Positions 12,136 through 24,898 of a stretch of 64,000 nt of DNA are shown piece by piece. Below the pieces are notes generated by a model. The model saw only the letters and a list, made by a program, of their open reading frames with translations. It had not been told where the DNA came from and did not search any database. The stretch spans positions 21,948,001-22,012,000 of the forward strand of contig OX597820.1 of the NCBI GenBank assembly GCA_951406725.2, given 5' to 3'. The position numbers were made by a program, and so were the translations under genes. The stretch is from Octopus vulgaris. Lineage: Eukaryota. Positions within the stretch are counted from its first letter, which is position 1. Each line of letters begins with the position of its first letter.

Positions 12136-14772
12136 TTAGTTAGTTAGTTAGTTAGTTAATTTGGCTCAAAAGCAAATAGCAAGGCCATGTAGGGGGACAT
12201 GGAGTTAAGTACAGGGTGGTGTTCATGTAAAGAGTTCAGGCCACTTGAGGTCCAGGGAGGCTTTGAACAAAGCGGTCGTCGGCATCTTCACCATCTCGTC
12301 TGGCAGCTTGTTCCACGGATCCGCAACCCGGACGGAGAAAGCTCCTCTCCTTCGATTGAGATGAAATCGTCGCAGGTAGAGCTTTTCGGAATGACCCCGC
12401 AGCCGACGCTCCGGAGCAGGAGTGAAGAACAGCTCTTTCAAGAGGTTACACTTCCCGCTTATGATGTTGTGGGCGAGAATGAGATCACCACGGCGGCGGC
12501 GTTTTTCAAGAGAACAAAGGTCAAGCGTCCTCAGCCTTTCTTCGTAGGACAAATTTTTGAGACCATGAACCATGCGGGTAGCCAGCCTCTGGACTCTTTC
12601 GAGGTGCTGTATGTCTTTGAGGAGATAAGGAGAAGAGGCTTGAATCCCATACTCCAATATGGGTTTCACCAGCGTGACATAGAGTGGCAGGAATATGGCT
12701 GCTGTGAGCATTCCGAATGACCGTCGAATCAAAAACAGAATTCCGCGCGCTTTGTTGGCAGCATGGACGCACTGGGCCGAAGGCGAAAAGGAGGAATCCA
12801 CCAAGATACCCAGGTCCTTTACCTGATCGGTCCTCTCCAGCAGCAGACGACCCGGCTCGAAATCAAGTTGAGTTGCAGGAGTAGAGCCGACAGGCAGATG
12901 ACAGCACTTTGACACGTTCAGACACAGGTCCCAATCGTTAGACCACTTCCAAATTTGGTGGAGGCATCGACGAAGATCCTCTATACTACCGCGAGGAGCG
13001 ACCAGTTTGATATCGTCGGCAAATAGAAGGGTGTGTTGCGTGAGGTCGTCGGGCAAGTCATTTATTAAGACTAAGAACAACAAGGGCCCAAGCACTGAAC
13101 CTTGAGGCACGCCACTGCTCGCACTGGAGACGTCGGACCGCGAACCATTAACTTGAACTTGGAAGGAGCGATCTGAGAGGAAGGCACCAACCCATCGTAC
13201 AATATCCGGATGGAAACTATATGCTTGAAGCTTGACAAGTAGTAGGCGGTGGTTTAGCGAGTCAAAAGCTTTGGCAAAGTCCAATAAAACGATGTCAACA
13301 GCATCACTATCATCGAGGATGCGCGTCACCAATTCTTCCATTACTAGTAAGTTGGTCAAGCATGATCTCTTCGGCACGAAGCCGTGTTGGGAATCAGTGA
13401 TCGAGGCTGTGTTTAGGAGGTGGAGCATCATACTTTTCTTAAGGATGGTTTCGAACATCTTGCTGATTATTGATGTAAGGGAAACCGGTCGGTAGTTAAG
13501 CGGGTCTTCGCGGCTCCCTTTCTTGAAAATTGGGCAGATTATCGCTGTTCTCCAGTCTGCAGGTATAACACCCGTCGCCAATGACATATTGAATAGTCGT
13601 GTTAAGGGCTCGCAGATGACCGGAGCCAACGCTTTGATAACCCGTGGGTGTATGCCGTCAGGGCCGTGACCCGTGTTGACATCGAGGCCTTGAATAACAC
13701 GTTTGACTTGGTCCCGCGTGATGATCAATCGAAGCATTGGAGGTACCGATCTATCAAATGGAGGGGGTTCACGACCATCATCTTGTTTGAAAATAGTTGA
13801 AAAAGCCTCGGCAAATAATTGACTCTGTTGATAAGGGTCCTCAATCGATACGCCTGTTGAGTCTACCAACGTTGCAATCTGGTTGTTCAAGCGGGAATTC
13901 CGCTGGACATGGGCAAAGAAGGTTTTTGGATTGCTACTGGCATTTGCCGCGATTTTGAATTCATAACTGAAGCGTTCTTTCTTTTCAATTTTCACGGCTC
14001 GGTCTCGTTGAGTTTTGTACGCCTCAAAAGCTGCAGTCGAATCCAGATTTTTTAATTCAGCCCAAGCAATATCTCTGAGTCGACGTTCTCGTTTAACCTT
14101 CTTCGTCACCCAGGGCTTGTGTTTCTTCCTCTTGGGAAGTCCAACGGGAACTGCCTGGTCAGTCAAACAGATTACATATGCTTTGAGGGATGACCATAGT
14201 TCGTCAACTGAGGACAACGTCATCAGGGAACGCCAGTCCAGAAGCGCGGAAGCCTCGGTTAGAATTTCAAGATTAATTGCAGAGAAGACTCTACGTGGCA
14301 GCGAAGTAATCGTGGGCGTGGAAAAAGTTGTGTGCATGACGAACTTCAGGACCGCATGATCACTCTTGGCAAGAGGGCCGCACACAGATACGTCTGACAC
14401 TGATCTTGGATAGCGGGAGAATACCAGATCTAGCATAGATGGCTGCTGCCCAGACCGATACCTTGTCGGATATTCAACATGTTGCGATAGAAAACAATCT
14501 TCAGCCACGTCAAGAAGGGCCTGGCCGAACCGGGAAGATGTTGTACAAATTGATGCGGGCCAATCGATCGTGGGAGCGTTGAAGTCGCCTAGTACCAAGC
14601 AGTCATGCGAAGCTGAAACGAATCTTATCGCTTCGAGTAGATGAGCATCGTCCTGGGGGTCGGCCTGTAGACAGCCAACACGGGCAGGCAAAACTCAGAT
14701 AGGCTCAGCTTGCAATAGACGGCATTGAATTTGGTTGTAGGTTGAGCATTTGTGGGTAGAATACCGCAGGAC
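12136..14772 (-). mobile_element. CR1-clade LINE, 5'-truncated, inserted into a SINE A head
   Basis: Short 3' UTR with (TAAC)n tail; SINE A head is split and GGTTG duplicated at 12131-12135 and 14773-14777. Confidence 0.9.
12223..14691 (-). CDS. CR1 ORF2: partial APE endonuclease plus reverse transcriptase
   Basis: 822-aa ORF with LVLGDFNAP, LDLVF, SDH (EN); QHGF, DFAKAFD, GVPQGSVLGPLLF, LFADD (RT); CR1-type RRRRGDLI C-terminus; upstream AVYRP motif lies in another frame (frameshift near 14655). Confidence 0.9.
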   Translation of the reverse strand: MPARVGCLQADPQDDAHLLEAIRFVSASHDCLVLGDFNAPTIDWPASICTTSSRFGQALLDVAEDCFLSQHVEYPTRYRSGQQPSMLDLVFSRYPRSVSDVSVCGPLAKSDHAVLKFVMHTTFSTPTITSLPRRVFSAINLEILTEASALLDWRSLMTLSSVDELWSSLKAYVICLTDQAVPVGLPKRKKHKPWVTKKVKRERRLRDIAWAELKNLDSTAAFEAYKTQRDRAVKIEKKERFSYEFKIAANASSNPKTFFAHVQRNSRLNNQIATLVDSTGVSIEDPYQQSQLFAEAFSTIFKQDDGREPPPFDRSVPPMLRLIITRDQVKRVIQGLDVNTGHGPDGIHPRVIKALAPVICEPLTRLFNMSLATGVIPADWRTAIICPIFKKGSREDPLNYRPVSLTSIISKMFETILKKSMMLHLLNTASITDSQHGFVPKRSCLTNLLVMEELVTRILDDSDAVDIVLLDFAKAFDSLNHRLLLVKLQAYSFHPDIVRWVGAFLSDRSFQVQVNGSRSDVSSASSGVPQGSVLGPLLFLVLINDLPDDLTQHTLLFADDIKLVAPRGSIEDLRRCLHQIWKWSNDWDLCLNVSKCCHLPVGSTPATQLDFEPGRLLLERTDQVKDLGILVDSSFSPSAQCVHAANKARGILFLIRRSFGMLTAAIFLPLYVTLVKPILEYGIQASSPYLLKDIQHLERVQRLATRMVHGLKNLSYEERLRTLDLCSLEKRRRRGDLILAHNIISGKCNLLKELFFTPAPERRLRGHSEKLYLRRFHLNRRRGAFSVRVADPWNKLPDEMVKMPTTALFKASLDLKWPELFT

Positions 14773-16429
14773 GGTTGGTAAGCAAGCTTCTTACCACACA
14801 GACACGCTTGCTCCTTTTGTTCTTTTATTCTTTTGCCTTTTTCAGTCATTAGACTGCGGTCATGATGGGGCACCGCCTGGAGGAATTTCAGTCGAGCGAA
14901 AAAAAAACAGAACTTATTTTGAAGCCAGGCACTTCTTGTAACGGTCACTTTTGCCGAACCGCTAAATTATATAAACTTAAATGCTTCTATCTTGTTTATA
15001 ATTAAATTTTCGAAAACACGAATGCAATATTCGTCATCCACATGTAAAACTACATCTGTGTAGAAAATTTGAAAACAATCCATTGAAAACTGAAAAAACC
15101 TTTATGTGGTCGGAAGAAAACGAAAAAGATCTTAATCCAAGGCTGCGAGCTGGCAGAATCGTTAGCACGCCGGACAAAATGCTTAGAAACATTTCGTCCG
15201 TCTTTACGTTCTGAGTTCAAATTCCACTGAGGTCCACTTTGTTTTTCATCTTTTCGGAGTCTAGGAAATCATCCCTTCGGAGTCTAGGAAATAAGTATCA
15301 TTTGAGATCTGGGGGTGATTTCAGGTCTTGTACCTATTGTAAAAAGGATTATAAATGCAAATCGCCCAATAGGTTTCTGTCAACCTAATTTCACTCGCAA
15401 GATATAGATTGACCCGAGTCTACAGAAAAGGACATTTGCCCAACATACCACGCGGTGGGATTGAACTTGGGGCTTTGTGGTTGTGAGGCGAATATCTTAA
15501 TCATTCGGCTACACAGCACCTTCATACTTGTATTATATATTCCTTTAAAAAAGAAAGCTGTGGTGGGGGACAAACATACATATACACACACACCTACACA
15601 CAGAGAAACACACTCCCCTACCCACACAAACACACTCATAAACACACACACACAAACCTACACACATATGTATATACGATGGGCTTCCACACAGTTTTCG
15701 CCGACCAACTTCCCTCGCCAGGCGTTGGTCTGCCCAGGGCTGTAGCAGAAGACGGCTTTCCCAAAGTACCACCACACTGTGACACCGAACCTAAAACCAC
15801 ACGGTCGCAAAGAAGCGAGCTTCTTAACCACACAGCCATACCTGCGCCTAATGACAGAAATAATAATCTTTCACGGGTAGTTACGGGTACATATCTTGAT
15901 TACTATCAAAGAATTCAAGTACACGATTCAATTTCTATTCCCAGTTCGATCTACCTCACCTCACTTCACCGAGGTAGTCAATGCCCTTGGCAAATACGGC
16001 AACGACAAACCTTACCACTTAACAGTCTTACGCGTCACGCCTTCAAAATCAGTAATTAGAAGATTAGTTTACCCCTAATCTTACACATATTTAGTGGATA
16101 TATTTAATTAAGATGCTTGATATAAACGTAATAAGAAACTAATCAAACAACCTGCGAGTGACAACTGCAGTACAGTTCCACCCATCTCTCTAATTTAATG
16201 GTAAACTCTGTAACTGAAATATGCTGTTAGCAATCCTTCAATATCACCTCTATCGCTATTTCCTATTTTAGAGTTATAAATCTCTGTTGCGTTTTGTCTT
16301 TCATCTACTAATTGAAGAAGCAACATATACGCTCTTTGCTCTTATCTCTTCAGCACAAACATTTGTCGTTACATTTATTATATATCTTGCTGTATTGGAT
16401 GATGTGTTTGGATGTGTTTTGAAAAACCT

Positions 16430-17050
16430 TCAAGCGTACACATACACACAAACCACACACAAATACACATACACACAAATACACATAATACACACGAATA
16501 CACATACACACAAATACACATAATACACACGAATACACATTCACACAAATATACATACACACAAATACACACAAATACACACAAATACACATACACACAA
16601 ATACACATACACACACAAATACAAATACACACAAATAAACATAATACACACGAATGCACATACACACAAACCACACACAAATACACATACACACAAATAC
16701 ACATAATACACACGAATACACATTCACACAAATACACATAATACACACGAATACATATACACACAAATATACATACACACAAATACACACAAATACACAC
16801 AAATACACATACACACAAATACACATACACACACAAATACAAATACACACAAATAAACATAATACACACGAATGCACATACACACAAACCACACACAAAT
16901 ACACATACACACAAATACACATACACACAAACCACATACACATACACACAAACACGTAAACCACATACACAGAAGCCACATACACATACATGCAAACCAC
17001 ATATACACAAAATACGTACACATACACACAATCCACATACATATACATAC
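16430..17050. repeat. CA-rich complex minisatellite with higher-order blocks
   Basis: Recurring ACACAAAT / ACATAATACACACGAATA units, with >100-bp blocks duplicated. Confidence 0.85.
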
Positions 17051-17236
17051 AAAGCACCACTTCCCTCTCTGTGAGTGTCTATGTGAGTGCGTAAGTGGGT
17101 GTTTAAAAATATGTATGTGTATATATAAAGATATGTACATGCGTATGTGAGTATATATGTATGTGTGTATAACATGTATATACACACACACATATATGCA
17201 TATCTTTGAATAATGTGTGTGTGTGTGTGTGTGTAT

Positions 17237-17345
17237 AGGCGCAGAAGTGCATGGACCCTTGAGTAAGTGTCTTCTACTATAGCCTCGGGCCAACCAAAGC
17301 CTTGTGAGTGGATTTGCTAGGCGGAAACTGAAAGAAGCCCCGTCG

Positions 17346-17428
<83 letters not shown>

Positions 17429-17445
17429 ATATATATGTGTGTGTA

Positions 17446-17480
<35 letters not shown>

Positions 17481-17715
17481 AGACAAGTATGTATGCATGT
17501 GTATACATGTTTGTGTGTCTGTGTTTGTCCCCCCCCCAACGTTGCTTGACAACCGAAATTGGTGTGTTTATGTCCCCGTAATTTAGCGGTTTGGCAAAAG
17601 ACACCGATAGAATAAGTACTAGGCTTACAAAGAATAAGCCCCGGGGTCGATTTGCTCGACCAAAGGCGGTGCTCCAGCATGGCCACAGTCAAATGACTGA
17701 AACAGGTAAAAGAAT
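17237..17715 (+). mobile_element. SINE family A
   Basis: Deleted head, intact body, microsatellite and tail. Confidence 0.8.
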
Positions 17716-17753
17716 ATATACATATAATTTTGGGCCCATCCTCTCTGTGTGTG

Positions 17754-17806
<53 letters not shown>

Positions 17807-17864
17807 TATGTAAATATATGCATATATACATGCATATATGTACATACCTACATATATGTACATA

Positions 17865-17919
<55 letters not shown>

Positions 17920-19422
17920 GCATATGTGGGTACAGGACATAAAAAACGTAGGCAAAATGAGAAACGAGAACATAAAAAATAAAAACATAGAAAACGAACT
18001 TTTTCGAACAACGAAAAAAACAAATAAATAGAGAAATGAGACATGCAACATAAAGAACATTCCCTTCATCAGTTGTCCCTGTTTTATCTACTCTGCGTTT
18101 CGAAGGTAAATAAAATTAAATAAAATTTGGGATTTTTTGCGGAGGGTGAAAGTGGTAACAAAAACACGACAGTGAGGTAAAAAAAAACAGTAAAAACAGA
18201 CGATGAGGGTTGTTAAGCCAAGACGATGTGAAGTGGTGAACGCTGGCAAAACGAGCTTTGAGAAGAGACAGATAAAAGCACGTCATATCTTTAGAAAGGA
18301 AGTGGAAGAAAGAAAGATGGATGGCCCTTGGTCACGTATGAGCAACGAAAGTCAAAGAGGAAGAGTGAGAGAGAAAGAGAGGGAACGGTGAAGGAGAGAA
18401 AAACAGAAAGGAAGATGGGCCAAAAGTCACGAAAAGATATAAATTTTTATAAATTTTTTCAAATAATATTTTAAAAAATTTAGATGTGTTTTTCCCACCT
18501 GACTTACATCTATTTCCTATACATATCTTGTATATTCTGTTGTGTCTGGGGAGAGTCATTCTCTTTTAGTGCCTTATAATTTAACACACACACCGATAAA
18601 ATTTCCACTCATTTACTTATTTATTTTTTCTAAAATCTTCGTTGCTTCTTGCAACCTTTTCAATAGTTGTTGACTCTGTCCGTTATTCAAGCTGCTTTCA
18701 TTTTGTTTGTTTGTGCGCATGTGCGTGGGTCAGCGTGTGTGCGCATACACATGTATGTATGTATGCATGCGTGTAAGTATGTGTGTGTATGCATGTATGT
18801 CTGTGTGTATGTGCGTATGTATATATGTATGTATGTGTGTACGTTTGTCTGTATATATTCTGCATATTCATGTGTTTGTGTGTTCTTTTTATGTGTGTGT
18901 TTGTGCGTGTTTACATTCGTGTGTGTGCCTCTGTCTCCTTGTGTGTGCATGTCTGTGTGTGTCTGTGTGTGTATGGGTTTCTGTGTCTGTATGTATGGAT
19001 GTGTATCTCCATATGTGTCCTAGTGTGAAGTGAAATGTGTGTGTATATGGTCACGTGTTTCGGTCCTCATTTGCGTATGTGTGTGTATGTGTGCTTGTCT
19101 GTTCATATAACCTGTGTACCTATCTGTCTCTATGCCTATCCATTTACCTACATACATGTGAATATACATATACACACACACACACACATACACATACACA
19201 TACACACATCTATATAACAGCCCACTAACTATTCTAACTGTATATAGATATGCAAACCAAATCCAAAAACAAAATATCTTGTGTATGATGTTGGGATATT
19301 GTAACTTTAAAACACGCGCACACACTCACACATATACATGCAGACACATACACACACATACATACATACATACATACATACATACATACATACATACATA
19401 CATACATACATACATACATACA

Positions 19423-19455
<33 letters not shown>

Positions 19456-19489
19456 GCGCGTGTGTGTATGTATATATATCTATATCAAT

Positions 19490-20729
19490 TTGGGTGGCAA
19501 CTAAGTTCCCGCCGTTTTTTTTAAATTTTGGAATTTATTGCGTTTTTAAATTTTGGAATCTATTTTGTGTTTTTTTCTTCTGCTTAATTTTAATTAATTT
19601 TTGTTTATTTTCAGATCATTAAAATGGAATGTCATGTTAAGAAAAACGAGCATTTTCGACACCTTTTAATTAAGGTTCTAAGGCCGCAAAAGCTGCTTGC
19701 AACATTTGTGCTGTGTATGGAGAGGGTGCCTTAGCTGAAAGAACCGCTCGTGATTGGTATGCCAAGTTCAAAAATGGAAATTTTGACCTCAAAGACGCAC
19801 CTCGTTCTGGCCGTCAATTTGAGTTCGATGAAGTGCGACCAAACCAACTTTTGTACGAAAATTCTTGTCAAAAGTCGAGGGAACTGGCAGAGAAAAAATG
19901 GAATGCTCTCACACTGCTATAGAGAAGCATCTTCACTCGATGGAAAAGGTTCAGAAGTATGGAGCATGGGTTCCGCATACTTTAAGTGGCAACAATAAAA
20001 ATCAACGAAGCACAAAAATCAATGAGCCGCTGGCTTGCTTGCTCGACAATGCCCAACTCATGGACACAAGCAACGATTTCTTTACCGAATCGTTACTGGC
20101 GACGGAAAATGGTACCTGTACATCAATATGAAGCAGCGTAAGGAATAGCTTAGCCCCAGTAAACAAGCGACACCGCGCGTGAAACGATCTTCATCCACGT
20201 AAAACGATGTTGTGCGTATGGTGGGACTGGGAAGGGATTATCCATTACGAATTGCTTGAGCGGAGTTAAACGGTCAACGTTCAACAGATGGAACGACTCA
20301 ATACGGCTATTCAAAAGAAAAGACTTAATGGGCGGCATGGAGTTCTTCTGCTGCATGACAACGCCCGCCCTCATATCGCCAATATGACTAAGGAACCCAT
20401 TGAAACGCATGACTGGGAAGCGCTGCCACACCCGCCATACTCTCCAGATTTGGCACCAACGGATTTCCAACACTTTCGGTCTCTTTCAAATGCTATGCGC
20501 GTAGTTTCGTTCAATACTGATGCAGAATTGAGAGCTTGGTTGGATTAGTTTTTCGAGTCGAAATCGGGTGATTTCTATTAACGAGGTATTGAAAAACTTG
20601 TTGAACGTTGGGAAGAAGTTGTAAACAATAAGGGTGAATACATTATTTATTAATTAGTTGCTATTTTTTATTAAACCTTTAAAAAAAAATTAAATTAAAA
20701 CAACGGCGGGAACTTAGTTGCCAACCCAA
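19490..20729 (+). mobile_element. Full-length decayed mariner (DD34D) transposon, mellifera-subfamily-like
   Basis: TIRs TTGGG(T)TGGCAACTAAGTTCCCGCCG; ~1.24 kb; TA at the right end. Confidence 0.9.
19624..20653 (+). pseudogene. Mariner transposase pseudogene
   Basis: MECHVKKNEHFRH start, CAVYGEGAL...DAPRSGR HTH region, WVPHTL, RIVTGDGKW, LLHDNARPH, PYSPDLAPTDF; several frameshifts and stops. Confidence 0.9.
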
Positions 20730-20742
20730 TACATCTATCTAT

Positions 20743-20810
<68 letters not shown>

Positions 20811-20824
20811 TTATCTCTTTCTCG

Positions 20825-20895
<71 letters not shown>

Positions 20896-21469
20896 AAATT
20901 CGCAGTTAAAGCATTAATAAATTAAAATGGCCATCTATATATCATTCTATCATATACATACACCGTTGATAGGCATGTTACAACGGTATTCGACCGAGAT
21001 AACACCTCGTACTGCATTTAAGACAATATATATGGGAGGGAGACGAAAATTCTTCCACCAGTGGGTAGCGAGAGTGCCGACGCATTTCGGTCTATTTGAG
21101 CCTTATCAATCACTGTACTCAGGCCAGTTACATGCCTAGATGAGATTTGTCACCTCCGAGTAGTAAAGAACGAATAAAACATTCACTGATATTGCGAATA
21201 CCTGCCCGAGTGAATAAAAAACCGGTACACGTAACTAAAGGATCATTAAATTAAAATAGCTATCTACGTATCATATCTAATGTATATACATTAGATATGT
21301 AATAGCCCAGTAACTGCAGTATTTGACCGAGATAGCAAGACTTATGGACGTACTACGATTAAAAACGAGAAATCTCGTCTTGAGAGCCAGAAAAAGTGAG
21401 AAAGAATAGGGAAACAGACATAGATGAAAGACAGATAGGCAGGCAGATAATTAGCTAACTAGCTGGCTA

Positions 21470-22085
<616 letters not shown>

Positions 22086-22473
22086 GACGGACTGACACAA
22101 TGCATACGTCCGCACAGGTCCATTAATGTTCGTAAATTATAAGACTAGATATGAATTGGTAAAAATTTCTGCTTATTCTACTTAAAATACCATAGGAGAA
22201 TCAAGTATGTCTGCTGGTATTCCGGGCTATTTTTAAGCATTTCAGCGTGTTTCTACGCCATGCCAAATATCTCTCGGAAAATTATTATTCTTGGTTCGGA
22301 TTATCTTGCCATATGTTGCTTCGTATTTACCATTTCCCGCTCAATTCACAATTTGATTTTTTTTTTTTTTTTTTTTTTTTTTTGCTTTGTTTTTGTTTGT
22401 TTGTTTGTTTGCTTTTTTGTTTGTTTTACGAACCATTTTTGCAAAGACATATAATGAGTATCTGTCGTCACGT

Positions 22474-22508
<35 letters not shown>

Positions 22509-22674
22509 TGCATACATGCAGTCATACATATGCATATACATGTAAATACATACATGCATACATACATACACACATACATGGAAGCACGCACACAAACATA
22601 TATATATACATACATACATACATCAATACATACATGTGTATATGTACATATATATACATATATATATGTATATA

Positions 22675-22741
<67 letters not shown>

Positions 22742-23055
22742 TTACACGTCCTCAATTACGTTAACGTAAAGTTCATTCATATAAGTTTCAAACGAAACAC
22801 ACGGGAGGTGTTGGCGCTCGATATTCTAGAAATAACAGCCAAATTACCCTCTTACTCTCTCTCAAATTATATCTTGCCATCTTAGGGATAACAGGTAATA
22901 TAGTGAGGTTCTATTCATGTATATGATATCTAGATAAAATATAGAATGAACCATAGAACAGATGGAACATTTTGAACCATAGATCTGTTGCAGCTTAGAC
23001 CACGAGTTTGCCTTGGGGCTAAACCACAAGAAATGGCATTTGTATATAGCGTGGT

Positions 23056-23286
23056 GTGAAGGCGCGTTGCTTAGTGGTTAGAGTGTCAGCACCATGATCG
23101 TAAGATTGTAGTTTCGATTCGTAAGCAAAATACTTCATTTCACGTTGCTCCAGTCCACTCAGCTGGCAAAAATGAGTAACAATGCGATGGACTGGCGTCC
23201 CGTCCAGCTGGGGAACACATACGCCATAGAAACCGAGAAACCGGGCCCATGAGCCTGGCTAGGCTTTAAAAGGGCGCATTTATTAT
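23056..23286 (+). mobile_element. tRNA-derived SINE family D (V-SINE-like)
   Basis: Head GCTTAGTGGTTAGAG...GTTTCGATTC; GCGATGGACTGGCGTCCCGTCCAG resembles the V-domain; further copies at 37455-37895. Confidence 0.75.
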
Positions 23287-23587
23287 TTTTTTAAAGACAA
23301 GATAGTTACAGCTAAAACACTTCTGACAGTAGATTCGGTGAATCAGTGTTAAACTACAAAGAATGAAAATTCTATAATCTAATCCTAAATACAGTGTATC
23401 AAAATAAGACAAGATTATCGTCATTTGACAGTAGGCTTATATCAACCAAGATTATTTGATGCTAAACTGCAAGGAATGAAACAATTTAGGGGTTAATGCA
23501 CTTTCGCACCTCTCCTTGAAAAATGCATTTTTTGTTTGAAAAAATTTTTTCGGATCCCTACGTTTTAGATGTCGGGGATTACGAATA

Positions 23588-24108
23588 CCGTAAATCCTCA
23601 GGTATAATCCGCATTTTTTTCCTAAAAATTAAAGTTCAAACTCCCTAGTGTGTACTATATACGAGGTTAAAAATGAAAAATATTTTCTAAGCAATGCCCG
23701 AGTCTATATTTGCTGTCCGGCAATGTTTATCTAAACGCATTTAGTGATATCGGGCAGGAAAATACCATAAGCTAAGCCTGAAAGCAATGAAGTCATAAAA
23801 GAATCATCTATAACTTGCAGTAAGCAACATTTATTAAAACAAAAGTATTCAGAACACAGAATAACATATAACAAAAACAATTTGCAAACATATTTACATT
23901 CCCATATAACAGTTAAGAACATCACCAATATTGTATTACGCATACGCGGAAGTATTTGTTCGACTATGTGCTGTTGGCTTAACTACGCACGACTCAAGTT
24001 AGAGAAGGGGTGCGTATTATACACAAGGTTTAGGTTTTTCAGAAGTACGCCCCCTAAAAATTCCCTGCGTATTATTCTCAAGGGCGGACTATACTCGAGG
24101 ATTTACGG
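23588..24108. mobile_element. Tc1/pogo-type MITE (CCGTA TIR)
   Basis: TA|CCGTAAATCCTCAGGTATAATCCGC ... GCGGACTATACTCGAGGATTTACGG|CA. Confidence 0.75.
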
Positions 24109-24617
24109 CATGCAAAAATATTTTTTTTTTAATTACCCCTTCCCTCTCCCACTATCACCACTCCCCACCCACTTAAAATTTTGAACTTTTTCGAAATTTT
24201 TTTTCCCTTATATTTTAGATGACGGAGATTCCAAATATGCAAGAAACCACGTTTTCAAAATTTTAAATTCAATAAGCTTATAGATATGTGTATAAAGAGA
24301 CAGATAGATATGAATGTCTTCCTGGGGATAAAAACAACAGTAACACCGTCTTCTATAGGACTGCCACATTTAGTTGACAAATATATTTTATGAAGAAACG
24401 GACAAGAATAAATAGATAGACAGATAAATAAATAAATGGATGAAAAAGTTCAAAATTTAAAATAGGGGAGGGGTGAAATTTGAGCCCCTTATTAAACTTT
24501 ATAACATTAATTATTATACATTAATGTTTGTTTCTCATAAAATGGTGTATATTTATATTTCGTTTTTGGATTTGGCTGGCAAGGTTCTTTATATGAGTTC
24601 CTGTCTTGAAGCATATT

Positions 24618-24898
24618 CTGTTGTCTCTGGGGAGAGTCATTTTCTTTTTGTGCCTTATAATGTAATACACTCACCGGTAAAATTTCCACTTATTTCTTAT
24701 TTTTACTCTCCTAAAATTTCCACTTATTTCTTATTTTTACTCTCCTAAAATTTTCGTTGCGTCTTGCAACCTTTTCGATAGTCTTGACTCTCTTGAAACT
24801 TTTTGGAAAATTAAAATAAAAAATAAGTGGAAATTTTACCGGTGAGTGTGTTACATCATAAGGCACAAAAAGAAAATGACTCTCCCCTGACACAACAG
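24618..24898. repeat. Inverted duplication of a dispersed repeat (other copy 18537-18676), Penelope-end-like
   Basis: ~80-bp arms CTGTTGTCTCTGGGGAGAGTCATTTTC...CCACTTATTT and their reverse complement. Confidence 0.7.

Noticed and set aside
12199-14359. Plus-strand ORFs overlapping the CR1
   Set aside because: Antisense shadows of the GC-rich RT frame
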